A stretch of DNA of 64,000 nucleotides, taken from contig MU053588.1 in assembly GCA_013239625.1 (NCBI GenBank), positions 2,552,508 to 2,616,507 on the forward strand, written 5' to 3'. The translations under genes and the position numbers were made by a program. The DNA is from Lama guanicoe (lineage: Eukaryota). This document shows, one piece after another, positions 28,801 to 50,519 of this stretch. The notes beneath the pieces are model-generated. The model searched no databases. It worked only from the letters and a program-made list of their open reading frames with translations, and was not told where the DNA came from. Each line of letters opens with the position of its first letter. The stretch's first letter is position 1.

Positions 28801-31800
28801 TGGGAATGAGAAGGAACAGACAGAGGGGTCAGAGCTGGGATGGGAGAGGCATAGGTGTCTATGGGAGTCCAGAAATGGCACCTGATTCAGCCTTGTAGGT
28901 TCAGGGTGAGCCACTAGAGGGTTCAGTAGGGAGTTTTCCATGGAAGGATAGAGTTGGGAGGGAGAGTTCCAGGCCAAGGAACCTGAGGCCAGTGGATTAT
29001 GGTTGAGCTGTTAGAGCATGGAGATCTGGGGCCATGTTCACTGATGAGTCTGGAGCCGTGAGCAGGAGCTAGATCTGGTGAACCATTTGGGACTTGGTGG
29101 GGAGTTTCAGGACTGTCCTGAAACAATGGGGAGCCACAAAAGGGCTTTAAGCGGGGAACAAAATGGTCAGATTTGTGCCTCAGAAAGATTCATCAGATTT
29201 TTGGTGACAAGACTAGAGGCCAAGAGATGATGAAGTGACTTCTATAGGCGACCAAGTGAGAGAAGATAGGACCATGAAGATGGGGAGAGACAGTGGGCTG
29301 GAGAAAGATATGAAAGATACAGAAGGAAGAACTATTTCTTACTTGGTTATATGTTGGCCCTGTGGGGGTAAGGGAGGAGTTGGGGAGAGAGGGTGGTGCT
29401 GTTTACTGGTTTGGGGACACAGATCAGGAACAGGTTGAGACAGGAGGTAATGAACTCAACTTTGGACATGTTGGCAAACCAGGCATAGTTCCTGCTCTTA
29501 GACTCTGGGAGGGCAGACCTGGATCAATTAAAATCCTCAATGATCTTATTAGTATTAATTAATAATTATTAGTAATAAATTACTACCTAGGGTTGAGGAT
29601 TGAGAAGGCCTCATAGAGGAGGCATCATTTGAATTTGGTCTTGTGGGATGAGTTCACAGGTAAGGGAAAAGAGGAGGGCAGTCCAGGCAGAGAGAGCTAC
29701 ACAGGCCAGGTCTTGGACACTTGAGATGGATGGGACAGAACAGATATATTTGACAGCATCACCCCCTGCTCCCTCTGCCAACCTCATCAGTCAACTCTCT
29801 ATTCTCTACCCCCAAGCCTGACCCAAAACTCTCAGGAAAAACCCGATTCATGCCCATAAGTGCACCTGAAATCTATGACCCTGTCCAGATGAAAATCTTT
29901 TTCAAAAAATTAAAGTGAAATTGACCTAACATAAAATGAACCCTTTAAAGTAAAGTGTTCAGTGGCATTTGGCACATTCAGTGTTGGGAAACCACCGTCT
30001 CTAACTAGTTCCAGCACATTTCCAAATGAGGATCCTAAGTGAGCCTTCTTGTTTTAAATTTAAATACTATGCAATAATGATATCATTCATCAAACTTACT
30101 ATCTTACTGTGTGAAGCTTTTTATGAGTGTGATCGTATTAAAGTCCTCCTAGCAAGCCTGTTAGGTTGGTTTTTTTCACCTCCATTTTGCACCTGAGTTA
30201 AGCTTACTTACTTAAAGCCCACCCAAAGGGTTGGAAGTGAGTTGCTTTGGGTTTCACAGCCAATAAAGGTAGAGCCTGGACATGGCTTTGTGTGACTAAA
30301 TTTCATGCTCTTTGCCACTTGGCTCTGGACTGCCAAGCCCCAACTTTTTCACTTTATGAGCCATCAGTAAACTGCCCCTGGTAACCCCTGTGGTTTTTGA
30401 AAAACTTCCCTGTAAGCCTGAAACAAAACATTCCAAAATATTATATATATATATACACACACACACATATATATATAATCTCTTACTAGGAGGGAGACTT
30501 GACCTTCTGTCATTTTTGCATTCTTTGGAACATTGACCAAAGACCTGGTCAACCTGGTGTTACCGCCCAGGCTATTGGAAGCAGATGGTGAGAGAGCCAG
30601 GAGAACAAGAGGTCAGGGAGTGAAATGTTTGTGTTTCAGATTTCAGTGATGACAGGATTAGGGCAGGGCTGGTGGGAGTGTTGACTGAAACAGAGTGAAG
30701 AAGAAAGTCAAGGTTCTTTTTGATTATTTGGCCAGCTCATGCCCATGGCCACTGAAGGAACTTCCTCCCAGAGGAATCTTGGGTCTTAGAGTAGAGAGAG
30801 GGGGAAAGGTTTGCTAGATGACAGAGATGAAGGGGACAGACTCAAAAAAGAAAGGATTTTTATAAGTGGGTGGAGGGGGTCATACTCTAGAAGTGCTCTG
30901 AGGAGTTTCTGATTCGGTAACAGCTGAGTAATTCCTATTGGGTCAAAATAACAACTATAACCTCAGAATAAGACATTTAAAACCCAATTCCCTGAAATCA
31001 CTGGAGAGGGAATAAAAGCACTCAGGTACTGAAGGGAGCTGGAGGAAGAGAATTTCCTGTTTAATAGAGATTTTAGCCTGAAGGCAGGCCCTGGATGGGG
31101 CCATGCAAGTGGCTAAAACCCAGATAGAAACATTGGAGATTTTCTGACTTGAAGAACCAGAGGACAGAGTTTAGGATGATAACAGCACCTTATGGTAGGG
31201 GTGGTAGAATCTCAAAAAAGGGGAGCGACAGAGAGTGGGAGCCCCAAATTCCACATATAAACTCTGTCCAAATTTTTGACCGATGAACTATTTATGTGCT
31301 GGAAAACTCCAAGTTGTGCCAGCTAAGGCAAAAAGAACTGATGGGAGATTACTGCTCCATGAAAACAAAAGAAATCAATATCCTTCAACAGAACATAACA
31401 GAATCCAGAGATTCTATGATGTATCACTGCAATATCCAGAATAAAATAAAAAATTACTAGGTACCTGAAGATACAGGAAAATATGACCATACTCAAGAGA
31501 AAAGACAACTGGTGGAGAACAACCCTAACATGACCCTAATGTTGGAATTTAGCAGACAAAGTTTTAAAAGCACCTATGATGTCTATGCTCAAGGATGTCA
31601 AAATGGTATTGAGAAGCGAGAGGTACTGACCCTAATTCTGACCCTAGGTCTCACTGAAAGTGATTAAATGAATAACCTTCATTGAAGAAAGTGCTAGAGA
31701 AAGCTGTGCTCTTGAGAGGAGAACCTATTCAGAGTAGGACTAAGAAATGGAGAGAAAATTTGGGCAAGTGGTTCACTTATTAAACAGCTAGTAATAGAAC

Positions 31801-31809
31801 ACCTGTTAG

Positions 31810-34235
31810 AGTGGCCAAGATGGCAGAGTAGGAAGACCCCAAAAACACCACCTCCCATAGGCACACCAAAATTACAATGATTTACAGAGCACCTACTGAT
31901 CAGAAAGACCTGAAGACTAGCAGAAAAGATCTTCTACAACCAGCTATGAAGAAAGAATCACAATGAGATGGGTAGGAAGGGTAGAGATGCAATGTGGTCA
32001 AGACCCACACCCCCAATTGGTCATCCCACAAATGGGAGGATAATTAAAGTGGCAGAGGTTCTCCCAAAGGATTGAGGGGTTCCAAACCCCACACTGGGCT
32101 TCCCAGCCAGGGGGTCCTGCACCAGGAAGTTCAGTCCCCAGGACGTTTGGCTTTTTAAGACCAGTGGTGGTTACTTTTGGGAGAGCCAGAGGGCTGTGGG
32201 AAATAGAGACTCCACTTTAAAGGGCACACACAAAATCTCACATGTTTTGAGACCCAGGGCAGAAGCAGTCATTTGAAAGGAGCCTTGACCAGACCCACCC
32301 CCTGCTGATCTTGGAGAGCTTCCCAGGGAGGCAGGAGGCAACTGCAGCTCACCTTGGGGATGTAGACACTGGTGGCAGCTATTTCTGGAACACTGGTGCT
32401 GGCAAGTGACATTTTGGAATCCTCCCTCTAGCTTATGAGTGCTGGGACCTGGCCCCGCCCACCAGCCTGTTGACATCAGTGCTGGGACACTCTCAGGTCA
32501 AGCAGCTAGCTGGGCAGGGATACAGCCCCACCCACCATTAGGCTGGTGATCTTAGAACTCCCTGAGTCCCCAGCTGCCCTAGGACATGGCCTTACCCACC
32601 AAAAGGCCAACAACGGCTATGGGACACACCAGACCCTGCATCCAGCCATGTCAGGAACGGCCTAACCCACAAGCAGGCTAACAGTAGATCTGGGAACTCT
32701 GGCTCTGCAACCAGCCAACCCAGAACCCAGCTTTGCCCACCAGTGGACCAACACGAGCCCCAGGTCCACCTAGGGCTCCACAGCCAGCTGCTTCACAATC
32801 TGGCAATACCAGCCAGCAAGTGGCAGCCTCTGCATGAAGTAAAGCCTGGCAACCAACCAGAATGGGGCTGGCGGTGCCTACCAGACCACCCACAGTAGTC
32901 AGTCTACCAGGACAGAAGGGCCCAGGCCACTCTGAGGGGCCGCCTTCAGAGCACGCAGCTCTGCTGACCAGTGGGGAGTGCACTGCTGGGATCCACAGGA
33001 TGTCTCCTACAAAAAGCCACTTGTCCAAGGTCAGGAAACATAACCAACCTACTAGATACATAGAAATAAAAACAGCAAAACAGGCAAAATGAGGTGACAG
33101 AGGAACATGTTCCAAATGAAGGAACAAGATAAAACCCCAGAAGAACTAAGTAAAGTGGAAACAGGCAATCCACCAAATAAAGAGTTCAAGGTAGTGATCA
33201 CAAAGATGATCAAAGAACATGAAAGGAGAATGGATGATCAAACTGAGAAGTTTAACAAAGAGTTAGGAAATAAAAATAAGAATTGAACAGAGCTAAAGAA
33301 AACAATAACTGAAATAAAAAATACACTAGAAGGAATAAAAAGTAGACTAGGTGATATAGAGAAATGGGTCAGTGAGCTGAAAGATAGAGTAGTGGAAAGC
33401 ACAGAAGATGGATAGGAAAAAAAAAAGAATAAGAAGAAAGGAGGACAGTTTAAGAGACCTCTGGGACCACATCAAGCATACTAACACTCACATTATAATG
33501 GTCCCAGAAGGAAAAGAGAGAAAGAAAGGGGCAGAGAACATATTTGAAGGTTTAATAGATGAAAACTTCCCTGACCTGGGAAAAGAAATAGACATTTAAG
33601 TCCAGGAAGCACAGAGAGTCCCAAACAGAATCAACCCAAAGACAACCACACAAAGGCACATTATAATTAAAAATCAATGGTAAGAAGAGAATATGAAAAG
33701 CAGCAAGGGAAAAGCAATGAGTCACATACAAGGGAACCCCCACAAGGCTATCCTCTGACTTTTCAGCAAAAACACTGCAGGCCAGAAGGGAATGGCTTGA
33801 TATATTAAAAGTGATGAAAGGGGAAAGCCTACAACCAAGAATACTCTAGCTGGCAAAGATCTCGTTCCTATCTGATGGAGAGATCGAAAGTTTTACAGAG
33901 AAGCAAAAGTTAAGTGTTTAGCATTACCAAACTAGCATTGTAAGAAATGCTAAAGATACTTTCCTAAGAGAAAAAGGAAAGATCACGACTAGAAACATGA
34001 AATTATGAATGGAAAAAGCTCGTCTGTAAAGGCAAAGGCAAGTATACAGTAAAGGTAGTAAATCAACCTTGTAAAAGCTCGTAGGAAGGTTAAAAGACAA
34101 AAGTAGTGAAAACATCTTTATCCACAATAAGCAGGGAAGGGTACACAAAACAGTCAGATGTCAAATGTGATGTCCAAATCAGCAGTCATGAGGGGAGGAG
34201 AGTAAAAATTCAGGGTTGTTCAAATGCATTTGATA
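31810..34235 (+). mobile_element. L1 5'UTR, decayed ORF1 and inter-ORF region (no ORF2)
   Basis: Starts gtggccaagatggcagagtaggaagac; GC-richer 5'UTR; ORF1 from about 33089 with stops (..EDSLRDLWDHIKHTN..VPEGKERKKGAENIFE..ENFPDLGKE). Confidence 0.85.
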
Positions 34236-34353
34236 TTAAGAGATCAAAAACTTTAATCATATTATATCATATGATTATATATATATGATATGATATATAT
34301 GATATATATAATATATATATGATATAATATGATTAAAGTTTTTGATCTCTTAA
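34236..34353. repeat. Perfect 37-bp inverted repeat with an AT-rich 44-bp spacer
   Basis: TTAAGAGATCAAAAACTTTAATCATATTATATCATAT (34236-34272) and its exact reverse complement (34317-34353). Confidence 0.92.
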
Positions 34354-34427
34354 ATTAAGAATTAAGCCCACCGTTGCCATATATATACCTCAACAGTAAT
34401 ATCCAAATAAGAGCACACCACAAAAAG

Positions 34428-34900
34428 CAATGGAATACTACTCAGCCATAAAAAGAATAAAATAATGCCATTTGCAGCAACATGGATAGACCTAGAGATT
34501 ATCATTCTAAGTGAAGTAAGCCAGAAAGAGAAAGAAAAATGCCATATAATATCACTCATATGTGGAACCGAAAAAAAAAAAAGGACACTAAGAACTCTTC
34601 TACAAAACAGAAACAGACTCACAGACATAGTAAACAAACTTACGGTTACTGGGGAAAGGGGATGGGAAGGGATGGATTTGGGAGTTTGAGATTTACAAAT
34701 GTTAGCCACTATGTATAAAAACAGATCTTAAATAAGTTTCTTCTGTATAGCACAGGGAACTATGTTCAATATCTTGTAATAATGTTTAATGAAAAAGAAT
34801 ATGAAAATGAATATATGTATGTATGTGCATGACTAGGACATTGTGCTGTACACCAGAAATTGACACAGTGTAACTGACTGTACTTCAGTTAAAAAAAAAA
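34428..34900 (+). mobile_element. L1 3' end (ORF2 C-terminus, 3'UTR, poly-A)
   Basis: MPFAATWIDLEIIILSEVSQKEKEKCHIISLICG is the L1 ORF2 C-terminus; same 3'UTR as the 14941 copy; A-tail at 34891-34900. Confidence 0.9.
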
Positions 34901-35454
34901 GGGTATACCATAAAAAGAACATGTTATCTTTAGAACAGTCAAAAGAACAGGACTTTAAAATAACCTTTGTAAATTAAAGCACAGTTGATAAAACTGTCTT
35001 AAGATAGTTTCAGAATAGCTAGTCTAGTTACTGTCTCAAGTTTCAGACTGGGGCTGGTTGATAGAAAAGTGACTTTAATAATGAAATTAAATTCTATGGA
35101 AATTCTCTATGGGGCAGTAGTTAAAAAAAATTCTCAGATTTAGTATGTCCTACAGATATTTGGCAGCTTTGCGAAATTCACCCCTGCTACTACCATGACA
35201 GAGACAAAGAAAACAAAATCCTCTGTTCTGTATATATCAAGTGTCACATGTTCAAATATACCTTATCTACTTGGAAAGCTTCTTTCAAACACAAGTTTGT
35301 CTTGCAAACACCAGCCCTTATGTTCATCAGCATCTCAGTGGAACTAAGCTAAGTCATGAGCCATGGCCAAAGTTTCTGTTGTTCTTTTTTTTAAAGCCAC
35401 CCAGTTTGTGACAATTTGATAGGTACTTAGGAAGCTACCAGCCCTAGGAAGCTA

Positions 35455-35925
35455 ATACATCCATCAACAGATGAATAGATAACCAAAATATGGTATAGCC
35501 ATACAATGGAATTTTATTCACCCATAAAAAGGAATAAAGTACTGATACATACAACCACTAGCAGGAACCTTGAAAACACTGTGCCTGGTGAAAGAAGCCA
35601 GTGACAAAGGACCACATGTTATATGACTCCATTTATGTGAAAGTCAGGAACAGAGAATCCACAGAGGCTGAACGTAGATTAGTTGTTGCTTAGGGTGGAG
35701 AGTTGGGTGACGAGTTAAGGGAGTGACATCTAGAAAGTCTGAGGCTTATTTTTGAACAAAGTGATGAAAATGTTCTAAAATTGACTGCAGTGATGGTTGC
35801 CCCTATCTATGAAGGTATCAAAAACCATTTTGTTCTATACTTTGAGTGGGGGAATTTTATGACATGTGAGTTATATCTCAATCAACTTTTTTTAAAAGAT
35901 CAAAAAAAAAAAAGAAAAGAAAAGA
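35455..35925 (+). mobile_element. Old L1 (L1MB-like) 3' end
   Basis: catcaacagatgaatagataaccaaaatatggtatagccatacaatggaa...gatgaaaatgttctaaaattgactgcagtgatggttgc...ttatatctcaat plus A-tail. Confidence 0.8.
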
Positions 35926-37844
35926 AATCCAAACACCCATAGTAAAGACAATGTCTTCTCTGACTCATATATCCTGATTGGCTCTTCCTAACAGTGACCG
36001 TATAAAGACAATTGATTCACCAATTTCTGAGAAAGAATTCAGTCCAAGGAAATGAAAGGGGTATCGATTTCTCAAACCTGTCTCATACCACCTGGTGTCA
36101 CCCCAAACCCCCGGGCTTCTCTTCTTGCATCATAATCTTCAACCGTATCCTGTGCTTCCATCAAGGCTCTGGCCACCCTGGGCTGTCACTGTCCAGAGAT
36201 CAGTCAGTCTTCCTCTCTGGACCGTTTGAGCCCTTTGTGGTCAGTGAATGACTCCATTCTGCTCACCAGTAGGTCATCAGGTCCTCCCACAGGGCCCCAT
36301 TAAAATAGGGACGTGTATTTGACAACTCCAGTCTTATAGCCCTCGGAATTTCTAGGAAATTTCTAATCGACTCACCTTATCAATAAAGGTCAAGGCTCTT
36401 TTGAGGGTCTAGAGCTCTTCCATGCTTTACCCAGGGAAAATCCAGCCATTCTCTGCCCTGTCTTTAGGATTAGGCTTGTATACCAGGTAATTCGAGCAAG
36501 GTTTTTCACAGCTAAGCATGCTAGATGACTACTGGACTTAGAGTGGTGCCTGTAATTCTGACGTGCTATGTTCACAAAAGGCTTTACTGATGTATGTTTG
36601 TGACCGTGGCAGGCACAGGGATGTGCTGCTCAGATCTCCCTTCAAGGGAGAACTTGCCATTCAGCCTCAGGAGTGCCGTCAGCTGACAGCCTCATCTTGC
36701 AGCAGCGTCCACATCCTTCCGGTAACTAAGAGGAATCGGGGACAATGCTTGACCATTTCTAGCCCAATGTGTGACATGCCTAATAGCAGTCTTCGCTTCA
36801 GATGGGGCTGTGAGTCAGTTATCTTTCCAAGTCTCTCACTGCCCAATTTTTCTTGCTCCCTTCTTTCCTTTCATGGGTATCAGATCTGAATCCTGGTCTG
36901 AAGGCTTTTCCTGACCCATCCTCTTCCATCCTTCACACACATTACCCCCCAGTAAAATGATGCCCTCCCAGCTCTGTCTGAGCCTCTGCTTCCCGGAGGA
37001 CCCAACACACATATTGTCTCTCATAGCATTTGTTGTTTATCACATACCCAGTCTCAAAATTCCCTTCCAGTTTTGGAAAATCCCCTGTTGAGTGACTCTT
37101 CGTCAGGAGAAAGGCTTTGCCTCCCACCACAGCAGCTGAAGGGGTGCCATGACTTCTTCCTCACCAAATTCTGAGCCCTAAAGTTTTAGCATCGAATAAT
37201 GGCTGGGCTAACTGGGTCATCCTGCTGGGAACTTTGAACCTGGCTTGAGGAAGTGACACAAAAATGCAGGTGCAGTTAGGAAGTTGTCCACAGTGGCTAC
37301 GATGGGTCAAGGCTTCCAAGACAGTAGTGTTAATTCCCCGGGGGTTGGGTGAGGTGGCAGTGACAGCAGCTCCTAGCTGGATGGTTCTGCTCATTATCTT
37401 GGCTAATATTCTCCTGGCACAACTTTTTCCCCCCCACTCACATTCTTAGCCTGGTTTTCCAGAATTCCCATTCATTTTGTGAGCTAATCAATCATCTTCA
37501 GGCATCAGGGTTCTGCTGTGTCTGCGCCAACATCACTGCTTGTTGAAGCTTCCTAATTGGTCCTGGCTTTTGTTCTCTGTCCCTCAGTTTATTCATCATA
37601 CAACAGCTTGTGTGAGCCTTTAAAAACATGCCAATACATGTCACCCTATGTTCACCAACCTCCATTGCACTCACGTCCTCACCAAGGCCCACAAGGTCCC
37701 ACACAATCTGGCCCTTTAACTCTCTGCCCTCATCTCATTTACACCTACACTCTTCCTTCCTCCTCCACTTCAGCCACACACCTCTCCCTGTGGATTCTTG
37801 AGCGCACACACAGCCTTGTCTTACAATTCTGCTCTTCTTGTAAA

Positions 37845-37925
37845 AAAATTAATGGAGGTACTGAGGATTGAACCCAGGACCTTGTGCATGCTAAGCACAT
37901 GCTCTACCACTGAGCTATTCCCCTC
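37845..37925 (-). mobile_element. vic-1-like SINE
   Basis: ggaggtactgaggattgaacccaggaccttgtgcatgctaagcacatgctctaccactgagcta. Confidence 0.8.
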
Positions 37926-39000
37926 TTCTCTCTGCTCTTTTAATTGTTCTGCCAGGAACACTCCCTTCCTGGATATCTGCACAGCTCGCTCCTCACTGCC
38001 TTGTGAAACCACCCATGCCACCAATTTCAAATTCCACTTCTGGAATTCCTTATCCCATTTCCCTACTTTGTTTTTCTAATGCACTGTATCATTTATTGAT
38101 TGATTCTTCATGGTCTATCTTCCCCACTAGAATGTAAGTTCCATGAGGGCAGGAGTTTTGTCTCTCTTGTTCACCTGAAGAGTGTGCCCACACATGTTGG
38201 GTATTTGAAAAACATTCATTGAATAAAGTAAACAGGAAGGAGGGCTTTAATCAGCTGAGCAAGTTGAAGGAGTTTAGAAATGGAATGACAGAGCTGTGGG
38301 CAATTTAACTATGCTTCAGAATGGATTGGAGAGTGTTTGGAACTGGAAGTTCTGATAAGAACAACCAGGAAACCAGGTTTAGAAAGTGAGATGATGGGGA
38401 GGAAGAGGCAATGAGCCAGCAAGGTGGTGGAGGTGTTACAAGGAAGGCCCAACCGGTGGGAAATCCCTGGTGATGAGCAGGAAGAAAGGACAGGTAAAAA
38501 TAAAGGAGTTGAAAAGACTGTTTTATGACTGGTTTTGTTGCAGTGCCCTACTGATGTCACACAAATATGCCATAAACTTACTATTCGCAGCAGTCTTGAG
38601 TTCTTTGTTGCCTTTTTGAGAGTGGTGAATATGAGAATCAAAGAGAAAGGATTGTGACTCGGATTTTGGTCATTATCAGTGAAAAGACAAGGGAACAACA
38701 TACAGACATGGAATCTACAAGAATTTGGTACAGACAAAAACCTAACTGGAGGTGGACAAATGAACGTAAAAATCTGCAAGCTTTTGCCAAACTCTTGGAC
38801 AAGACATTGCTTTTCTATTGGATGTAGAGACGATATACAGCTCTATATTTTGGGGTGACCCCTGCTGACCTGTGGTCCCATGACAGTGTAAGAGTGCCTT
38901 TTCTTGGGGTTGTTGTGTGAGTTTAGGAAGAGGAGATGGATGCGCCTGTACACGTGGGCAGATTCCTTCCAGCGATTCCTTCTGCGCCCAGTAGGGGCGC

Positions 39001-47772
<8,772 letters not shown>

Positions 47773-49684
47773 GGTGCCAGGTGGAAGGGTGGTATCCAGG
47801 GCCCAGATCCTGCCTAAATACCTTCTGGGAAATCAGCTGTGCAGAAATCTGAACACCCTGGGATTCAAGGTTTCCGGGTATGGATACCATCAGGGAAGAG
47901 ATTGCTTTATCTGGGGGGTGGTTATATAACCTATAATCTCCCACCTGAATAAAGGTGGATTAAATTCACCCAGGGAAATCCACTCGGGTCATTCTCCTTT
48001 CTTCATGTTTCCAGTCCTTTGGTTCTCCCTCAGCTCAGCCTCTGGTTCAACATGTCTGGTAGGACGTGGGAAGCAGTTGAACATCATGTTTAGGCTATTT
48101 CAGTAAGGAATCAGACAATCTGAGTTCAAATTTCAGTTCCAATTTTTTTTTCTTCATTGGGCAAACCACCCAGCCCTCCTGGCCCCAGCTTCTCTGTCTG
48201 TAGAGAGAATAACCACACTCTTTTAGAAAGTCTTGACAGAGAACAGGGGTGGCTTCTCTCTCTTTACCAGGTCTTAATTAATCAGTTAAAAAAAGTAAAG
48301 TCAGGAAAATGAAGATTTAGAATAGCAAAAGAAATAACTCCGTTGAAAGGGCTTAATCCAACATGTTCTATTGTTTTTACTGAGGATAATATTAAATAGT
48401 AACAACCAGAGATTGCCTGTATTGGTTTATCAGAACTTTTCGTGTGTGTGTGCACGCGCACACATTCATTTTCAAAGTCTAAGATGCAGGGATCACCTCT
48501 GAGTTCCAGTCTAGAAGGCCACCTCTAGAGACATGGGCTAGTGATTGCTCTCTGTAATCATCTAAATAAATGGTTTTCAACCCTTTTTGTACCAAATATT
48601 TGTAAGTCTTCTTTACTGACCTGAAACAAAATTCCTGGGTATTACATCTTACCTATACATAGTATTAAATGAGATCCAAAGCCCCTTCTCATGCGTCTGG
48701 ATTCTCAGACTTGGAAAACGAATCCCTCAGGGAGCCCGCAGGTCTGGAATATGGCTTGGCTGTCTAGCCCGAGCCCATGTCCAGAAGTGGTAGGAATTCT
48801 GGGGAAACTGAGCGACTCACACAGCATCACCTTCTGGATCTCCGATCTGCTGCTAGACTGTCCTTCGTGGGGTAAAGTCAGCTCTCGGCTGCCTCCTTCT
48901 TTTGCCTCTTTCTTCCATTCTGACCCCCTCCGAACACACACACTTACACCCATTCAGAATGTCTCTTAATTATCTGTGATGCTGGTGGCTGTGAGTCTGG
49001 TCTTCCCATTCAGCTAGGAGAGGAAAGAGAAAGCATTCTTAGAACAGCCCCTCTCACCATCCCACTCTGTTGTCTTCTTTTCTGGCTAATTAGACGGGAG
49101 GCTAGTTAGAATTGAATTTTTTTTTCCTAGGGAGGCAAGCTAGGTGAGCCTGGGAGATCCTCATGCACAGTCTAAGGAGACCTGTTATAATAAGGAGGTG
49201 TTTTACGGTATGGTTCCAAGACCGAGCTAAACAGCCTCCACAAGCTGGCATTTTTCTAAGATTCTGTGGTTCGCCAAATCTGTTGTTCTAACATTTGAAG
49301 ATTCCGGAATTCTTTAATTTTAAGCTCCCAGTGCTCTGTGGATTCTTCCAGCCGGCAGCGGAGGATCAGCTTTAGGAAAGGGAGGCGCTGTGGGGAGCGG
49401 GGCAAGATGACCTTTCACCTCCCCCTGGATAGTTTCAGTGGGAGCAGGAAGGTACAGCCAGTGCACAGCTGTCGCTCTCAGTTCCAGAAAGCAAAACAAG
49501 ACAAAACAAAAACAAAACTTGGAGAATCTTAGAAACTAAATTCTAGAGGTTGAGTTTGGCATGGAGTCACTCTCCTATCAAAGGGTGAAAAAGATAGTGA
49601 ATGGAGGCTCTGGATTTCTTTCCTCCTGCTAAGAAAAATTATCCCCAACATGGAAATTTTTAAAAAGTAATTACGACTTTATAT

Positions 49685-49859
49685 AAAACAAACAATAAGG
49701 TCCTACTGTATAGCACAGGGAACTATATTCAATATCCTGTAATAAGCCATAATGGAAACACATATGAAAAATAATATATATATTGAATACTTGAATCACT
49801 TTGTTACATACCAGAAACTAATACAACATTGTAAATCGATTGTACTTCAGTTAAAAAAA
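49685..49859 (+). mobile_element. Short L1 3' end
   Basis: aacaataaggtcctactgtatagcacagggaactatattcaatatcctgtaataagccataatgga...tacttcagttaaaaaaa; flanked by aaaaagtaatta repeats. Confidence 0.8.
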
Positions 49860-50519
49860 GTAATTATGGGACTTTTTCATGTGAAGCTAAGCATATTTCC
49901 TAACAGGCACATTTAACGATAATCTCATTTCAAAATAGAATGTCATTTCCTTTACACAATTGATCGGATCTAAGCATTTTACAATCCTGTAAAACTGCTA
50001 ACTCATGGTGATGATCCTTCCTATTTGTTAGAGAAGATGACCTTCCCCCTAAAATGAAAAAAAAAAGCAATAAATTAGACATTAACCAGTTTTGTAGTTA
50101 GCTCAGCATTTCTTTCTCCTCACTTTTTTTTCTCTTTATTTACTATAAAAATCCTAGTGTTTCATTTATTTTTTGGACTAGTTTTCTTTACACTTGATTC
50201 CCTCAGTCGTGAATTAGATAATCTTTGATGCATGGACATCTATTTTGAGAATTATGCTTTTTTATTTCCCTCTTCCTCCTCTTTCTTCCTCTTTCCCCTC
50301 ACTTTTTCTCCTTTCCTTCTTTCCCCCCCTCTTTTCTCAAGTCCTCCTCTCTGTATTCCCTTTCTCTCTCTCTCTTCTCTATTTCAAAGACTCTCCCTTC
50401 CATATCTTCCTTCTTTCTTCCCTCATTTTCTCTCCCTCACCTCCGCCATCACCACTTTTCGCTTTCCTCTCCTCTCCTCTCCCTCCTTCTTTATCCTCTC
50501 CATTCTTCCATAGGGATGG

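Noticed and set aside
38092..38251. Candidate CYP2G1 poly(A) signals (ATTAAA 38246-38251, AATAAA 38092-38097, minus strand)
   Set aside because: Both lie in or near an old L2/MIR-like repeat 0.75-0.9 kb from the stop; they cannot be distinguished without 3'-end data
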